From: Cycas panzhihuaensis
Lineage: Eukaryota > Plantae > Cycadophyta
Direction of reading: 5' to 3'
NCBI GenBank assembly: GCA_023213395.1
Contig: CM041465.1
Span: 195,989,741 to 196,053,740, forward strand
DNA: 64,000 nt
The notes beneath the pieces are model-generated. The model saw only the letters and a list, made by a program, of their open reading frames with translations, made no database searches and was not told the DNA's origin. A program made the translations under genes and the position numbers. This document shows, one piece after another, positions 38,450-50,600 of the stretch (its first letter is position 1; the number at the start of each line of letters is the position of its first letter).

Positions 38450-41400
38450 TTTTGGGTCAATACTAGCTCCTCCAATCTGTTGACTACCGCTTGGCTTTTC
38501 TTCTTCTTTCCTTGTTTTTCTTTTCCTCATTTCTAATTTCATTTCTGCCATTTCTCCTTCTTAGGGTTTCTAATTCTGAGTCTTCTTCTTTCGTTACTAC
38601 CTTACAAACTTTCTCCATGCATAGCTCTTTAATTTTGTCTTGTAACATTTTCTTGTGAGCCTACTTTCTCAAACTCCACTTTTTTTTCTAACTCCAACGC
38701 CCATTCCTTGGCATTGGCAAACATTTTGTTGGGATGTTGTTTCATTGGTATCCTTAGTCTTGATTATAACCCACGCACAAAGAAACTTCTCAACATAAAA
38801 TATGGAAGTTTTTTCCCATTGGTTACATTCCCAGCCACAACGGCCATCCAACTTGCATAGTCTAGGATTGTTTTTCCTGGTTGTTGCTTTAGACTTCTCA
38901 ACATTTGTACCATTACTTCATTGCTTCGTAGTTTTGAAACGTCCCCTAAAATTCTTTAACTATGTCATCCCATGTTCTAGTTTTTGGATTCAATTCTTTG
39001 CACCACATTAGTGATACTCCTCTTGAAGTACTATGAATCTTTCCGTTATGTCATCCCCATCCATGATTTTTCTCACTTCAATCATATTTTTCAAAAGATA
39101 TAGATGCTCAACAACATTAGTAGTTTCATCAAAATGTAAGGTGTTTAGAAGCATTTTCATTATAATATCTTGAGGATGTCATTTTTTATGGTGTCTTAGC
39201 CCTTGACTTACCCACAGATGTTGTATTAAGCTTTAGTGATAATCTTGGCTCTTAGTGTTGTTTCCACACTTTCCTTAAACAACATATTATTTGTTGGTGT
39301 TTTCACGTGTATTGTTTCTTCTATCTACTGAAATATGGCACTAATGGGCATACAAATACATAATGAAACACATATAGGTGATTAAAGGTGTAAACAATAA
39401 ATGAATAAATTAAAGAATGAAGTATGTACAAACATATAAGACAATAAAACTTGTGGGAAATGATCATGTCCAATTATTGCATTAGGTATGAATACATATA
39501 GTATATAATCACCTCATGACTAACCAATGACATATGAGTGCCCCTATGTCCACCAATAGGACAAATACATGAATATATGTGCACCACCTTGCACACAACT
39601 TAATAACCCAATTTAATATTACATGAGAGAGTGGGGGTCTAATATTAACCCAACATTAAACATTATTTCTAACACCCACACCCCCCCACCATAATGTTTA
39701 ATTACATATATCACATCATCTTCACATCCACCTTCTTCAACTTTGCTGGATCAAATGGAAAACACCTCCAACGTGTACAAGTTGTATCTCCAAGTTACTC
39801 AAACAATGAAACTTTGTTGATATTCGTATAAAGAAAACTCCATCTACTGGGTTGCATGGTAACCAACCATTGCAACTGCCTATTCTATAGGAACCTCCAT
39901 CAAGTACATGGTTCTAACAACATTTGTCAACACCATTCCAGGAATAGACCGAACTACCTGGCCAGCCAAATGAGTTGAGTACCAAAACATAGCAACTTCC
40001 CTTCTTGAAGCCTCCACAAGTGGTCCATTTAGGTTTATCAACATGTTGTTTCGCTTGAAGTCTCCAACATTGGTCTCTCCAAGCCTTTCACTATTATCAC
40101 TTGGAGTCTCAAACTCTGAGCTCTCCAAAGTTTCCAATGATCCTTGAAGCCTCCGTAAACGGTCCCTCCAAGATACCACACAACCTACTAGCCTTGCTCA
40201 AAACAATCATACAACCACCATATGACTTACAAATACCAACAACTGACATTAACAAAAAGATGTGACCAACTAAATGCATTAATAATCCTCTTTCATATAA
40301 CATTTTAAATAATGTGGGTTCTCCAAAGCCTCTAAAAAATAAAGCCTATAAACCAAGCATAAAATTTTATCCAAAAGAAACCCCCTTTTTTAATGCCTGA
40401 GAATATAAGCACCAACTTCCTCGATTAAAATCTGCCTAACAAAAACTCAAAAGGGGTCATATGGTCATATAATTACCCATTTTGACCGTGTCAAAGCAAC
40501 AAATCCAACACACCTGACAACACTCTAATTTGATATCCCAATGAAAAGATATGACAAAAGATCTGCCAGTGGGTCCTCAAAAAGATTAAAATTGGACAAA
40601 AATAAAAATAAGCCCCTTTTATTTCTAGCTCTTGGTCACACGCTAAACTCTGTGTGATCGTTCATCTTTAAAAAAGGGGCTAGTGAAGGAAGCATATTTA
40701 ATTTAAATTGAACTTTGTAAAGAAAAACTCTTTACCCCTAAATATTTTCGTCAGGTATCTATGCCAGTCGTCTACACCTCTCGAAAAATTTTACTACCAT
40801 AGAGTCTCTATGCCTTTCCAAGACCTCACACCGAGCCAAATCTGGATGAGATGGGCATCTCGATTTATTCTATAAGATAGATATAAGCTTCTTAGGTCGA
40901 ACTAAAATATAGAAATTTTACTACGAAATTTTTGTTCCTAATCATTTTTTCCACAATAAGAGCCAGATCAAGCAATAGACGAAGGAATCATCACCCATCA
41001 GCTCCTTCGCCACAGTATTCATCTTCAACGCCCTATCAACACCTCCATGGTTGCACTTATAACAGGTCGTTTGAATTATAACCTCTGGTGTTGTCGCCAT
41101 ATGAAACATTATTGCCTCCCACTTGATGATTGAAATCTCCTATTACACAGTAGCTAACCATGGCACAACTATCAATCTCAATCCACAGGAAAGGTATTAG
41201 AAGTTTTTGAAATTGACAGTGTCGACACTCTAGCATCATGCCTTACAACAGATTAAATGGGCAGTTGAGATCGTTTTATAATGTTGTCGGCTCTATCGTA
41301 TGAGTACAATGATCTCCCTATCCAACGAGAATAGTCATCTCCTATCATATTGAAGACCACTACGCTGCTTGGATGATACCACATCCGCATCTAAGAATTT

Positions 41401-43850
41401 CCCTCGAGAGCGAGGTAGAGAGCCTGTTGTCAATGGCAATTCCTGTTAGGCACTCAACCTTCATGGTCATCTCCCATCATTCTGCAATGTTGGCTCCTTC
41501 CAAAGGCTAGGGCTTTGTTGAGCATCAACTATAAACAATGTATTTCTTCTATTATAGCATCATTGCATACATTTTTTTCCCATCTTTGTTGATCTATCAA
41601 ACCCTTGAGTTTTGCCCAATAAACCTGTCAAACCCTTATTTCAAGCCTACAAAAAATTATTTGCCATAATATTTTAATACAGTATTTACCACTAGCCTCT
41701 AGATAGTCAGGGCTCAACATTTAATTGCAATATGCATTACTAATGCAATGTGCTCACTAGCTTGCATATAGGATAGTACATCCAATTAAGTTTACTCAAC
41801 AACGACATTAATAATCACAGCAGGAAATGAATAAATACTTGTGGACTCACCACAAAAGCTCTGCATGTTTAATATTGACACCGCATGCATAAATAAATGC
41901 CCACATATAAATCAAACTCACCAAATAAAATCACAATCTTCAATTTTGGCTCATACTGGCTCTATCACTAATGTCCATATATCATGATCGCATCTTCTTA
42001 TTAAATTTCTCTCGATGTAGGCTAACCTTGGCTCTTCTTTTTCTCTAAACCCTTGATTGAAATCTCCTCCATGAGGTCTCTTCAATCTTCCTACTCTAAT
42101 ACCATGTTGAAATATGGCACTAATGGACATATGAATACACAATGAAATACATATACATGAGGTGATTAAAGGTGTAAACAATAAATGAACAAATCAAAGA
42201 ATGAAGTATGTACAAACACATAAGACAATAAAGCTTGTGGGAAATGATCGTGTCCAAGTATTGTATTAGGTATGACTACATACTTATAGTACATAGCCAC
42301 CTCATGACTAACCAATGACATCTAAGAAACCCTATGTCCACCAATAGGACAAATACATAAATAGGTGTGCACCACCTTGCACACAATTTAATTTAATGTT
42401 ACATGAGAGAGCGGGGGTCTAACATTAACGCAACATTAAACATTATTCTAACATTATCCCGGGTATATAAATTGCTGGTGGCGTTTATACTAGAAATGTA
42501 TCGTCTCCTAGCTTTGGCGATGTATTAAATAACTTCCTTGTGAGATAATTTTCCCAAGTTGCTTTGAGACCTTCATCTGCCTTATTCTCACTATCACTCG
42601 TACTCTTCGAACTTCCCTCTGGGCTAGAGTTCTCCTTACTCCTCACCATAATCCCTTTAGGGTCAAAAACATTGGCCTAATTTTGTCTCCAGGGTTGGTT
42701 CAACTATCGTAGCGCCTCCTCCGCTTTTAGTAGTCCTTGGTGTTAATAATCCACTTACTTCTGATGTTTTGATGGACTTGTCATTTGTCCCACCTCTTAG
42801 CAGCCTTCCCCCCTTATGCACCCATCTTAATTTACTCAGTTTAACATGTTACCCTTTAGCAGCTTAACTCCAAAATCCTACTACTCAAAGGCTTCTTATG
42901 TGACATTAGCAGGTTCCTAGTTGTCACGATTTAGTTAAACGCTGCCATCACAACGACAATCACAATCCTTTAATCTTTATACATATGCTCTCACCCTTCC
43001 TCGAATCCTCGGGTTCTTCTTTATAACAAAGTTTTAGCAACAAAACCAATGTTGGCATATACTTGGCACACCAGCGTCCCAAAACCGCATGTTAATGGAT
43101 CAGTCTTGTGACCTATTTTACTCAGCATTGTGTATTGGATGTTGGTTGCATGTTAAGGCAATCTTATATGTGCAACATTACAGAACACTTACAACATATG
43201 CAACCAATCATCAAGTACACATGTTACACAAAATATTCCTTCACAATTCATTATTTCATTCATCAACACTCGAGTACAATGCTTCACTCTCACCCTAGAG
43301 AGAATGACTAGTGATCAAATGACTCGCCTCTCACCATTGGACAAACGGCAAAAATGCCCTATTTATACACTTTTCTCATAGCCATTCACCCCAAAGGTGT
43401 GACTACACAAAATACCTTTTGCCTTTTCATGACAAAACCCGAATTACACTTCATCCTTCCATATGTTTGTATGGTCACCATCATCTAGATCGGGGCAAAA
43501 TAGTTCCCTAGTAAGCATTCACCACTCCTCATAACCATTTGTATTCCTATAAGTTGTTCACCATTCTACAATGCATGGAGAAAAATTCCACAAGCGCTAA
43601 AATGCCGACCTGCAACTGTTCCAGCTGTCCAGAACCATTCCACAGTGCATTGTTTCTATGAATTCACTCAATTCTTGTCATTTTCACCACTAGACCTATT
43701 CCTGGAACCGTTCCCAAGTGTCCAAATGTCAAATCTTCTACCAACACTGTGTGGACCAGCACACACACCACATTTTAGTAGGCACTCCTGATGATCCTAA
43801 AGTTCCATTCAAGACAAATACCATTCTAGACATCAAGACTAGGGGTATAA
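38450..43850 (-). mobile_element. Degraded LTR-element 5' portion (gag-like remnant, PBS-like site at about 42940, LTR about 42950-43850), split by E6
   Basis: Charged coding-like remnants on both sides of E6 and a TGATGGCAGCG PBS-like motif. Highly decayed. Confidence 0.4.
39326..42453 (-). mobile_element. Non-autonomous LTR element E6 (3.1 kb, LARD/TRIM-like)
   Basis: ~349 bp LTRs at 39326-39674 and 42105-42453, TSD CTATC/TTATC, degenerate Met PBS TGGTATTAGAG at 42104-42094, G-rich PPT at 39675-39690. No pol motifs in the 2.4 kb interior. Confidence 0.88.
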
Positions 43851-44445
43851 ACTAGAAAGCCTCCTACTCGATCATCAATAAAGGCAAATTGTTTTGACAA
43901 ACAAATTAGTTCTCCAAAGCAATGGTGGACCAATACTTCCCATGTCTCAATGAGCCCCTGAAATTGGGGACAATTTCATCTTAAAGAGGGGAGGAAATGA
44001 TGAGAAATAATCATTGAATTTGTATACATTGAAATCATCATAAGGGTTAATATCCACTTATCATAATAAGCAAACATAACCAAGCAAATGACTATGGTTA
44101 AGTTATAGTTAAGCTAGTTGAGGAAAAAATCAGTCAAGTATAAACTGATTAGCGAAGGGTTAGCTATGACAGTAAGCATCTAAAACTACTACTACTTATT
44201 ATAAAAAGCATACTTGCAATTTATAATAAAGGAGAAAGTAAGGAGAATCCTTAACACTTTTTTTTCCTCTCTCTCTACCTTCTCTTTTTGTTTTGTGACA
44301 AATCATTCACTGAGAATTTTAGACCATTCCTGTAAATTTTATAGTTCTAACAATCTCCATGAGAACTTTCAATTACAAGGTTTTTACAATTACTTCTACT
44401 TCTGTGTTTTTTCACAAGAACTTTCTGAATATTGTACAAACTTTC
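43850..44445 (+). mobile_element. 3' end of a chromovirus-like gypsy (PPT plus LTR remnant)
   Basis: TTGGGGACAA..CTTAAAGAGGGGAGGAAA followed by TGATGAG. Confidence 0.55.
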
Positions 44446-46431
44446 CTCCAGAATGTTAGGGAATAACCCACTGTCATCATTTTGTTGGATTCCAAATCTG
44501 AAACTCATTATTTATGCACATTGGCCAGTGCTTCGGCCATCATTAAGGGCATTTTAATTGATGCATGATTTGCCCTAAAATTGAATTTTCCAAATGGAAC
44601 CTTTCCCATCAACAGAGTTCTTTTGTCAAGTAGATTTCTTCTTGCTGAAACTTAGACCATCTTACTTGTTTTGATTTAGAAAGAAGCCTTTGAAAATATT
44701 TTTGTCCTCTTCTATCCCCTGCACTGGACTGACTGGCAAGTAAGTGTAAGTGCACTCATTAAATTACTATAGTTATTTCAACTTCACAGTATTTCTGTAA
44801 GGCTGCTCTTAAGACAAAGTTGACAACAGCTGATCAAACTTGCAAAAGCATCTCAACATGCACTCCTAAACACATATCAGCTACGTTATCTAGTTAACAG
44901 TTTGCATTTGCATTAGGCAAGCAAAAAAACACAAAAAGTTTACCTATGCCAAGGCAAAAGGTGTGTTTACAGAAAAAACCAAACAGACAAATTCATAAAA
45001 ATGCTTGAAAATGCTCAAAATCTAATCTTCCCCAAATCACACAAGTTCTAGAGCTTGAAATGACTCTGCCAGTGCTTTCTTTTGCATTCTACTTTTTCTT
45101 TATTGTTGGGTCTCACAACAAAAAAGAAAAACAAAAAGCATAACAAAAAATTGTTGAAGATCGCCAAATCCATGAATTAATGCCAAATATTTGGGCAAAT
45201 GAAAAACCAGGTTGTTATCTTAATTAATAAATTAAATAAAATTCGTTTACAAAACTGTAACTTAACTTACAAGCATGTCGTAGCAGCCCTTATTAAGCTA
45301 GGATAATTTACTAGCTTTTCCCCCACTTTGCAGCTGCCAATTTGACCACATGCATATAAGATCGGCAAGCTTAGCACAATTTTGCAGTCCAATGGTCTGA
45401 TTTGCACTGTGAAAGCGAGAATTTAGCAGATATCAAACAGCTTTAAAGCATCATTCAAAGAGAATTTATGCTGGTTCCAGTATCTACAGCAAATACAGTA
45501 CCATTAAACAAAATACCGACTTTTGTTGTGCAAATATTGCAAATATCGCCCTATAGAACTAAGAGAAAGCATCTGTTGCAAAAAATCAGCCAATATTGAT
45601 ATCCAGGAATCATATTTATTCAAATACGGATCTCAAATGCAAAAATAAAAATGCTCAAAACAGAGCATCTGATGGCGTACAGAACGCAAACTGCATACTA
45701 TTTGCATCTTGACATGGATTCCCACAACTGGTTCCGTTGTCATAAATATCGGTAATAGTGAACCTGATAACTGATCCAGTGCACTATTGCTTATAGCTAA
45801 TTTAACGCAACAATGGGAATCCACCCTCCCTTATTAAGCTTCACTTACCAGTGCTAATATAAACCAAGCGACTTCGCGGACTCAATTTCTGCAACAACAG
45901 AAAGTGTTCGCCGGCCGGCAACTGGAATGAGCCATGCAAACGCCGTAAGATAATTGAAATTGTGCTTGAACATAACAGTCTCTGCGGAATTACCCTCATT
46001 GAAGTTTCATTTTATATATGCAAACTGCGCATGTAATGATTTCACAAGCAATTTCGCATATGATTATGTAGTGCGTTTCGCATCTAAGATTATTTATAAA
46101 ATAAAACCTCGATAAGAATAATTTTCACATTCGGTAAAATTTAAACAAAAAAGGAGAAACTAGATTAATCATTCACCTGGCTCGCTATTACTGAAATTTA
46201 CTTAAACATAACAGGCTGTGGAAATCCGTCAAGGCCACCAGAGGAAATACTTACCTTGGCAGTCGGTGATCATCAACGGGTCCGGAGAGAAACAAACCCT
46301 CGCTCCGCTTCAGCTCTGTTCTTCCTTTCTCTCCTTGTATTCTTCGTAAATTCTAAAAAGAATTATTGGCTTTTAAAGTCTTAAATCTGTCCTATAATTT
46401 CGTCCACCGCTTCCTACCGGTCATCGTCCAT

Positions 46432-46800
46432 GGCAATGGTCTTACACATATCCAAGCCTGTGTAATTATTAAAAAATTGGAGAGAAGGGTTACATAAAGG
46501 AATGGTGTGATATGGGCCATGGGCTCCTCGCTATTCAAATATGTGAAGCTTACGTAATAGACTCGGGTGCAAACCTTGGATAAAGTCGTGTTTCGGGGTA
46601 GAGTTACGGTTGCAAATGGCTAACAACGACAACACGGCAACGCCAAGCTGTAAGCCAAGCATTCGCTCAATATGAGCGTTGAAGCCTCCACATTCCATAC
46701 AAAGAAGTGGTGGCTCTCTCGGTTGAGGTGGCACGTTGAATTAGGTGGCTTTTGCTTGTGCAAGCGGGGGTCTCTATCCGCTTTGGGCAAACGTCTTGCA
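46432..46800 (-). promoter_or_regulatory. Putative promoter of the minus-strand host locus
   Basis: CpG-retaining, GC-richer segment. Tandem site II motifs TGGGCC (46513) and TGGGCT (46520) lie about 85 bp upstream of the ATG. Confidence 0.55.
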
Positions 46801-46818
46801 TATCTACTTTAAATGTTA

Positions 46819-46972
46819 ACGTGGCATTTTTTTAGTAGTTGGTTTAATATTACTCTTTGTTTATATAGATACTTTGTACACCTTTTGTTGTCTATACGTG
46901 GTATTTCTTTTTTTTAGCTTGGTTTAATATTACTCTTTGTTTATATAAATACTTTGTACACCTTATGTTGTC
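46819..46972. repeat. ~77 bp imperfect tandem duplication
   Basis: ACGTGG..TTGGTTTAATATTACTCTTTGTTTATATARATACTTTGTACACCTT twice. Confidence 0.88.
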
Positions 46973-47033
46973 ATTTACTCAAGGTAATACTTTGAAATAA
47001 CACAAGGTGTGAAGATTCTATAAAATGAAGTAA

Positions 47034-47565
47034 AAACATTCCGTGAATGTAGGAAAAGGTATAATATTTTTTAAATGATTAATATAGATATGGTAAAGAA
47101 TGAATAATATTTTTTGCCGTATTTGGTGGTTTAAGTCCCTCATTAAAGCATAATACTAATGATATGATTAATACTTCTTATAAAAAAATGTTAAAAATTG
47201 TCCACACAATGAAATGTGTAACATCCATTAAGCATAACATATAGTTATGCTTAATTGATAAGCGAATGTGATGTTGAGTTATTACTTACAAGTTACAAGA
47301 CATTTAGATTTCCTTTAACAACTCCATCATATCGACCTTTATAAATATTAAGATGGCAAGAAGGGACAAAGATGGGATCAATCCCCTCTATTTATACATA
47401 TATCCATATGTATATAGGTGTGTGTGTGTGTGTGTACATACATATATATAAATACACAAACATATGTATATACACGAGTAGGTATATGTGTATGTGTGTG
47501 CGTACACGTTTATGAATATGTGTATATGTATATATAAACACATATGCATATGTATGTATATGTAT
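47034..47565. repeat. Dispersed AT-rich repeat, copy 1, ending in a (GT)n/(TA)n tract
   Basis: Collinear with 52179-52730 apart from a ~210 bp deletion. Confidence 0.8.
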
Positions 47566-47659
47566 TAGGGATGCATCAATTTTATTTTTATTAAAGTAGT
47601 AAGCTTGTTTGAGTCATGATATATTTCAGGGTGTTGGACCTCTTTCTTTAACACATTAT

Positions 47660-50600
47660 GATGTAACTTGTTTTGTGATTGCTTACATAATACAAAAGGC
47701 AACTAGATTAGCTTAGATAGGCAACATAGTCAAAGGAGTATATGATACGAACAAAAAGAGAATAAAGGGGTAGAACAAGAGTAAGGGTAGAAGATAAGTA
47801 TAAAGTTACAAGATATCCTTTTAAATATGAAATTTAATTAATAGACACAATTTGAAGAGAAGGATTCCACTAAGCCAAAACTCAAATTTCAAACTTTTCA
47901 ACAAGTGTTGGGGCCTTAAAAATAAATAATAAATATAAAAGATATACAGGTTTGAAGTTGTAAAAATAGATAGCAAGCAGTTTGTCAAAGGGTAAATTCA
48001 CACTTTAAGGACCTATTCTAAAGCAATTTTATAGTTTATACTTTAGAATTAGCTTCTAAATTTTACTCCATAATAAAGAGGATACTAAGAGCTTTCCAAC
48101 AAGTGGAAGAAGTCCCAAAACAAATACCATATGAGAGAGTTTTCGCAATTCAAAGTTATAAGATTTAAATATTACTAATTACAGAAATAGAAAAACTTAC
48201 CAAGCTGATAAGTTTGAAAGGGTAAAATATTATCTTAAGTTATCATTTAACCTTGGATAATCATTCTATAATGAAGAGCATATAAAGAACTTTCCAATAA
48301 GTGGTACAACTCCCTAATCAAATGTCAGATGCGAAAGTTATGGTTATTTAAAGTTGGGTTTTTAAATTAGAATTTTATGAAAACTCCATAGTTTTTACAT
48401 CTATAAAGGTAAAATCTTCTAAGAAAAAAATGTTGGAAGAAAAACTTGCAAGGAAGAGTTTTACAAGGAGAAGGTTCAAAAGAGAAGTTTATAAAGAGAA
48501 GAGTTCGTTAGGGAAGGAATTTGTAGGGAAGTAAAAACACGAGGAAAGAACCCTAAAAAACTACACTTAACAAAAAATACCATAACTCTCTCAATACTTG
48601 ATCATTTTTCATGCTCCGCCTATTGATTTGAAGATCTTTAAAAGGGATATTTATCTATATCAAAATATTTTACCTTAGCAAATATTTAAGTTGAGACTTT
48701 AATGTTTTCTCATAGAATTCACTCAATTAAATGAAGTATCACTTCTAAACAACCTTATGCTATTTTTGTGATATCCTATCTAAAGTAATATTTGGACGAT
48801 TCTAATTGCGTTGGAATCCTTATTCTAAAGTACTCATTTCCATGTGATTAAATTTAATTATAAACAACTGTATAGTGTGCCTATTAGCCCAAAATATCAA
48901 AAAGAATGGTGTGGCATTATGAAGAATAATTGACAAACCTTCATGATTTCATTAATAACTTTCTTGTTTATTGATGAAATTTTGTTATAATCATAATAGA
49001 AGTCTATAAATATTTAGTTAGTTAAGGACCATTAAAGAGCTCCCTACGTGAGGATATTTTTAGAAATAAAGGTACTGAGTAGTTGATAATTATACCGATA
49101 GTGACAAATATAAATACATTTTAAGGGCTATTATATATACCATTTCAACAACTAAGCTCAGATTTTTCTCTCAATATTAATGACATTTATGTTAGAGAAT
49201 AAAGGATACTTAAAGAGGGTACAAACTAGAAATTATAAGAGAAGAAGATACATTTTTAGTTTTTCATGTTTTGACACTTGAGTTTTTAGGAAGAGCTTTA
49301 TGATACAAGGGGAGCTTTTGATTAAAAAATTAATTTTGTGATAGAACAAAGGTTAACCAGTTAATTTTGATAACCTTATGTAGGGATTTTTTTGATAATT
49401 TTTTATGGAATGATAAAATTGTTATGTTAAGAACCTTTGGTAAAAGTGTTGCAAATTATCCACATTTGTGTTAGGTGCTATTATAAGTAAGAGGTTGAGA
49501 GCATGAACTCCATTACAAAAGAACACTTAGGATAGAACTTTTCTTCTTATGAATTACTATTATAAATCAAGAAGAGCATCTCCAAAGTAGCCCATATTGA
49601 AAATTTGGGAGGGTTGAGAAGTTCCCACTAATTATTTAAGATAAGATTGAGGAGTCCCATATACTCTAATTAATTTTGTATTTATTGATATAAAGAGGAT
49701 TTGAGTGAGTGAGTCTTCATCTTCCTACAAGGGTTGATAGAATCCCCTTTATATTGCATGATGAACTTTATCATATCATGTGTTGGCTTGAGTAACTATT
49801 GACATATGCATGTGTGTGACCTATTGTTGCAATCTTCTCAGACCACTTTATAAGTGTTAAGGTTTTATGATTAAGATAGGATAATAAGTCCCTTATTCTC
49901 TTATTGTTGTGTATGTCTAAGGGTAAGGAGTCCCTTTTGGTTACTCTTTATGAATTAGGGTAAGAAGTCCCCTATGTTATGCTAATATATGCACGAAGGT
50001 GAGAAGTCCCCTCTGGTTTTTACTTGTGCACAAGGATGAGGAGTCCTCTCTGGTTATTATTTGTGCAGGTAGGTAAGGAGTCCCTTATGTTATGGTTATT
50101 TATGCATGAGAATGAGGAGTCTTCTCTCATTTATGGTTAATAATATGGTGTGTAGCCTATGGTTTGTATAATAAGATAGTCCCTTTAGATTATTACAACA
50201 ATGAGCCATATGTGATATAATATTTTTTAATTTAGATTGAAGTGTAATATATAAGTATATATATAATGTTATAACAAAAATCAAGAGATGGTAGCAACTA
50301 CGTCTCTATAAACTTTTATCTACAGAACATACTTTCTTTGAAGGGGTAGGTTGGGATTATGTGAAGAGTGCCTACTAGCATTCTAATATTCATATCATTT
50401 GCTTGAGCTCGGGGCACTTTCCTCTTTAGGATTGTAAAAGGTTGGGCAGTGAATCCATCCAAAGTAATATAGCTGGGTCTTCCCCTTTTCTATTAAAATA
50501 TTTGGCATATTATTCCATTTGATGATTACTATTTTATGTTCTCTTGTATGATTACAAGTATTGCTTTAAACAAAAGAGACATATTTATAAATGTATAAGC

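Larger units (their letters stand above)
115..46431 (-). pseudogene. Multi-exon host pseudogene or non-coding spliced locus, product unidentified
   Basis: Proposed GT-AG exons: 46431-46255 (ATG), 46190-46177 (uncertain micro-exon), 45981-45849, 45763-45681, 45483-45312, 44718-44472, 18718-18694, 18595-18552, 18421-18336, 17952-17798. A long final block follows at 17371-16972 + 10004-8215 + 310 to <115. The ATG frame enters a stop-free spliced run RLYPTFMHN|FVEGVNDWKNALDV|DLDAFSSAYGGGACSCVRLWAPFNVLYML|VWSVLMSQKYHV. The frame also continues across the E1 TSD (SCFSYYT|LHLASKLL). About 18 in-frame stops in exons 1-10. Confidence 0.65.

Noticed and set aside
311-43800. Hammerhead ribozyme / retrozyme in LTRs or in E6
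   Set aside because: The CTGATGA matches I saw lack flanking stems and a paired GAAA core. This was a by-eye scan only.
44645-44665. Extra GTAAG..TTTCAG intron inside exon 6
   Set aside because: 21 nt is too short for a spliceosomal intron.
17798-46431. In-frame stops repaired by U-to-C editing or stop-codon reassignment
   Set aside because: Such editing is known from plant organelles, and this locus has spliceosomal introns. Any stop can be derived from a C-starting codon, and the stop density is near random.
47372-47390. Helitron 3' hairpin (GGGAT-CA-ATCCC..CTA)
   Set aside because: Not conserved in the second copy, and there is no CTRR terminus at the expected spacing.
49883-50185. CRISPR-like repeat/spacer appearance (also 37550-37970 and 15935-16047)
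   Set aside because: Eukaryotic LTR context, short degenerate cores, spacers related to each other, and no cas genes.
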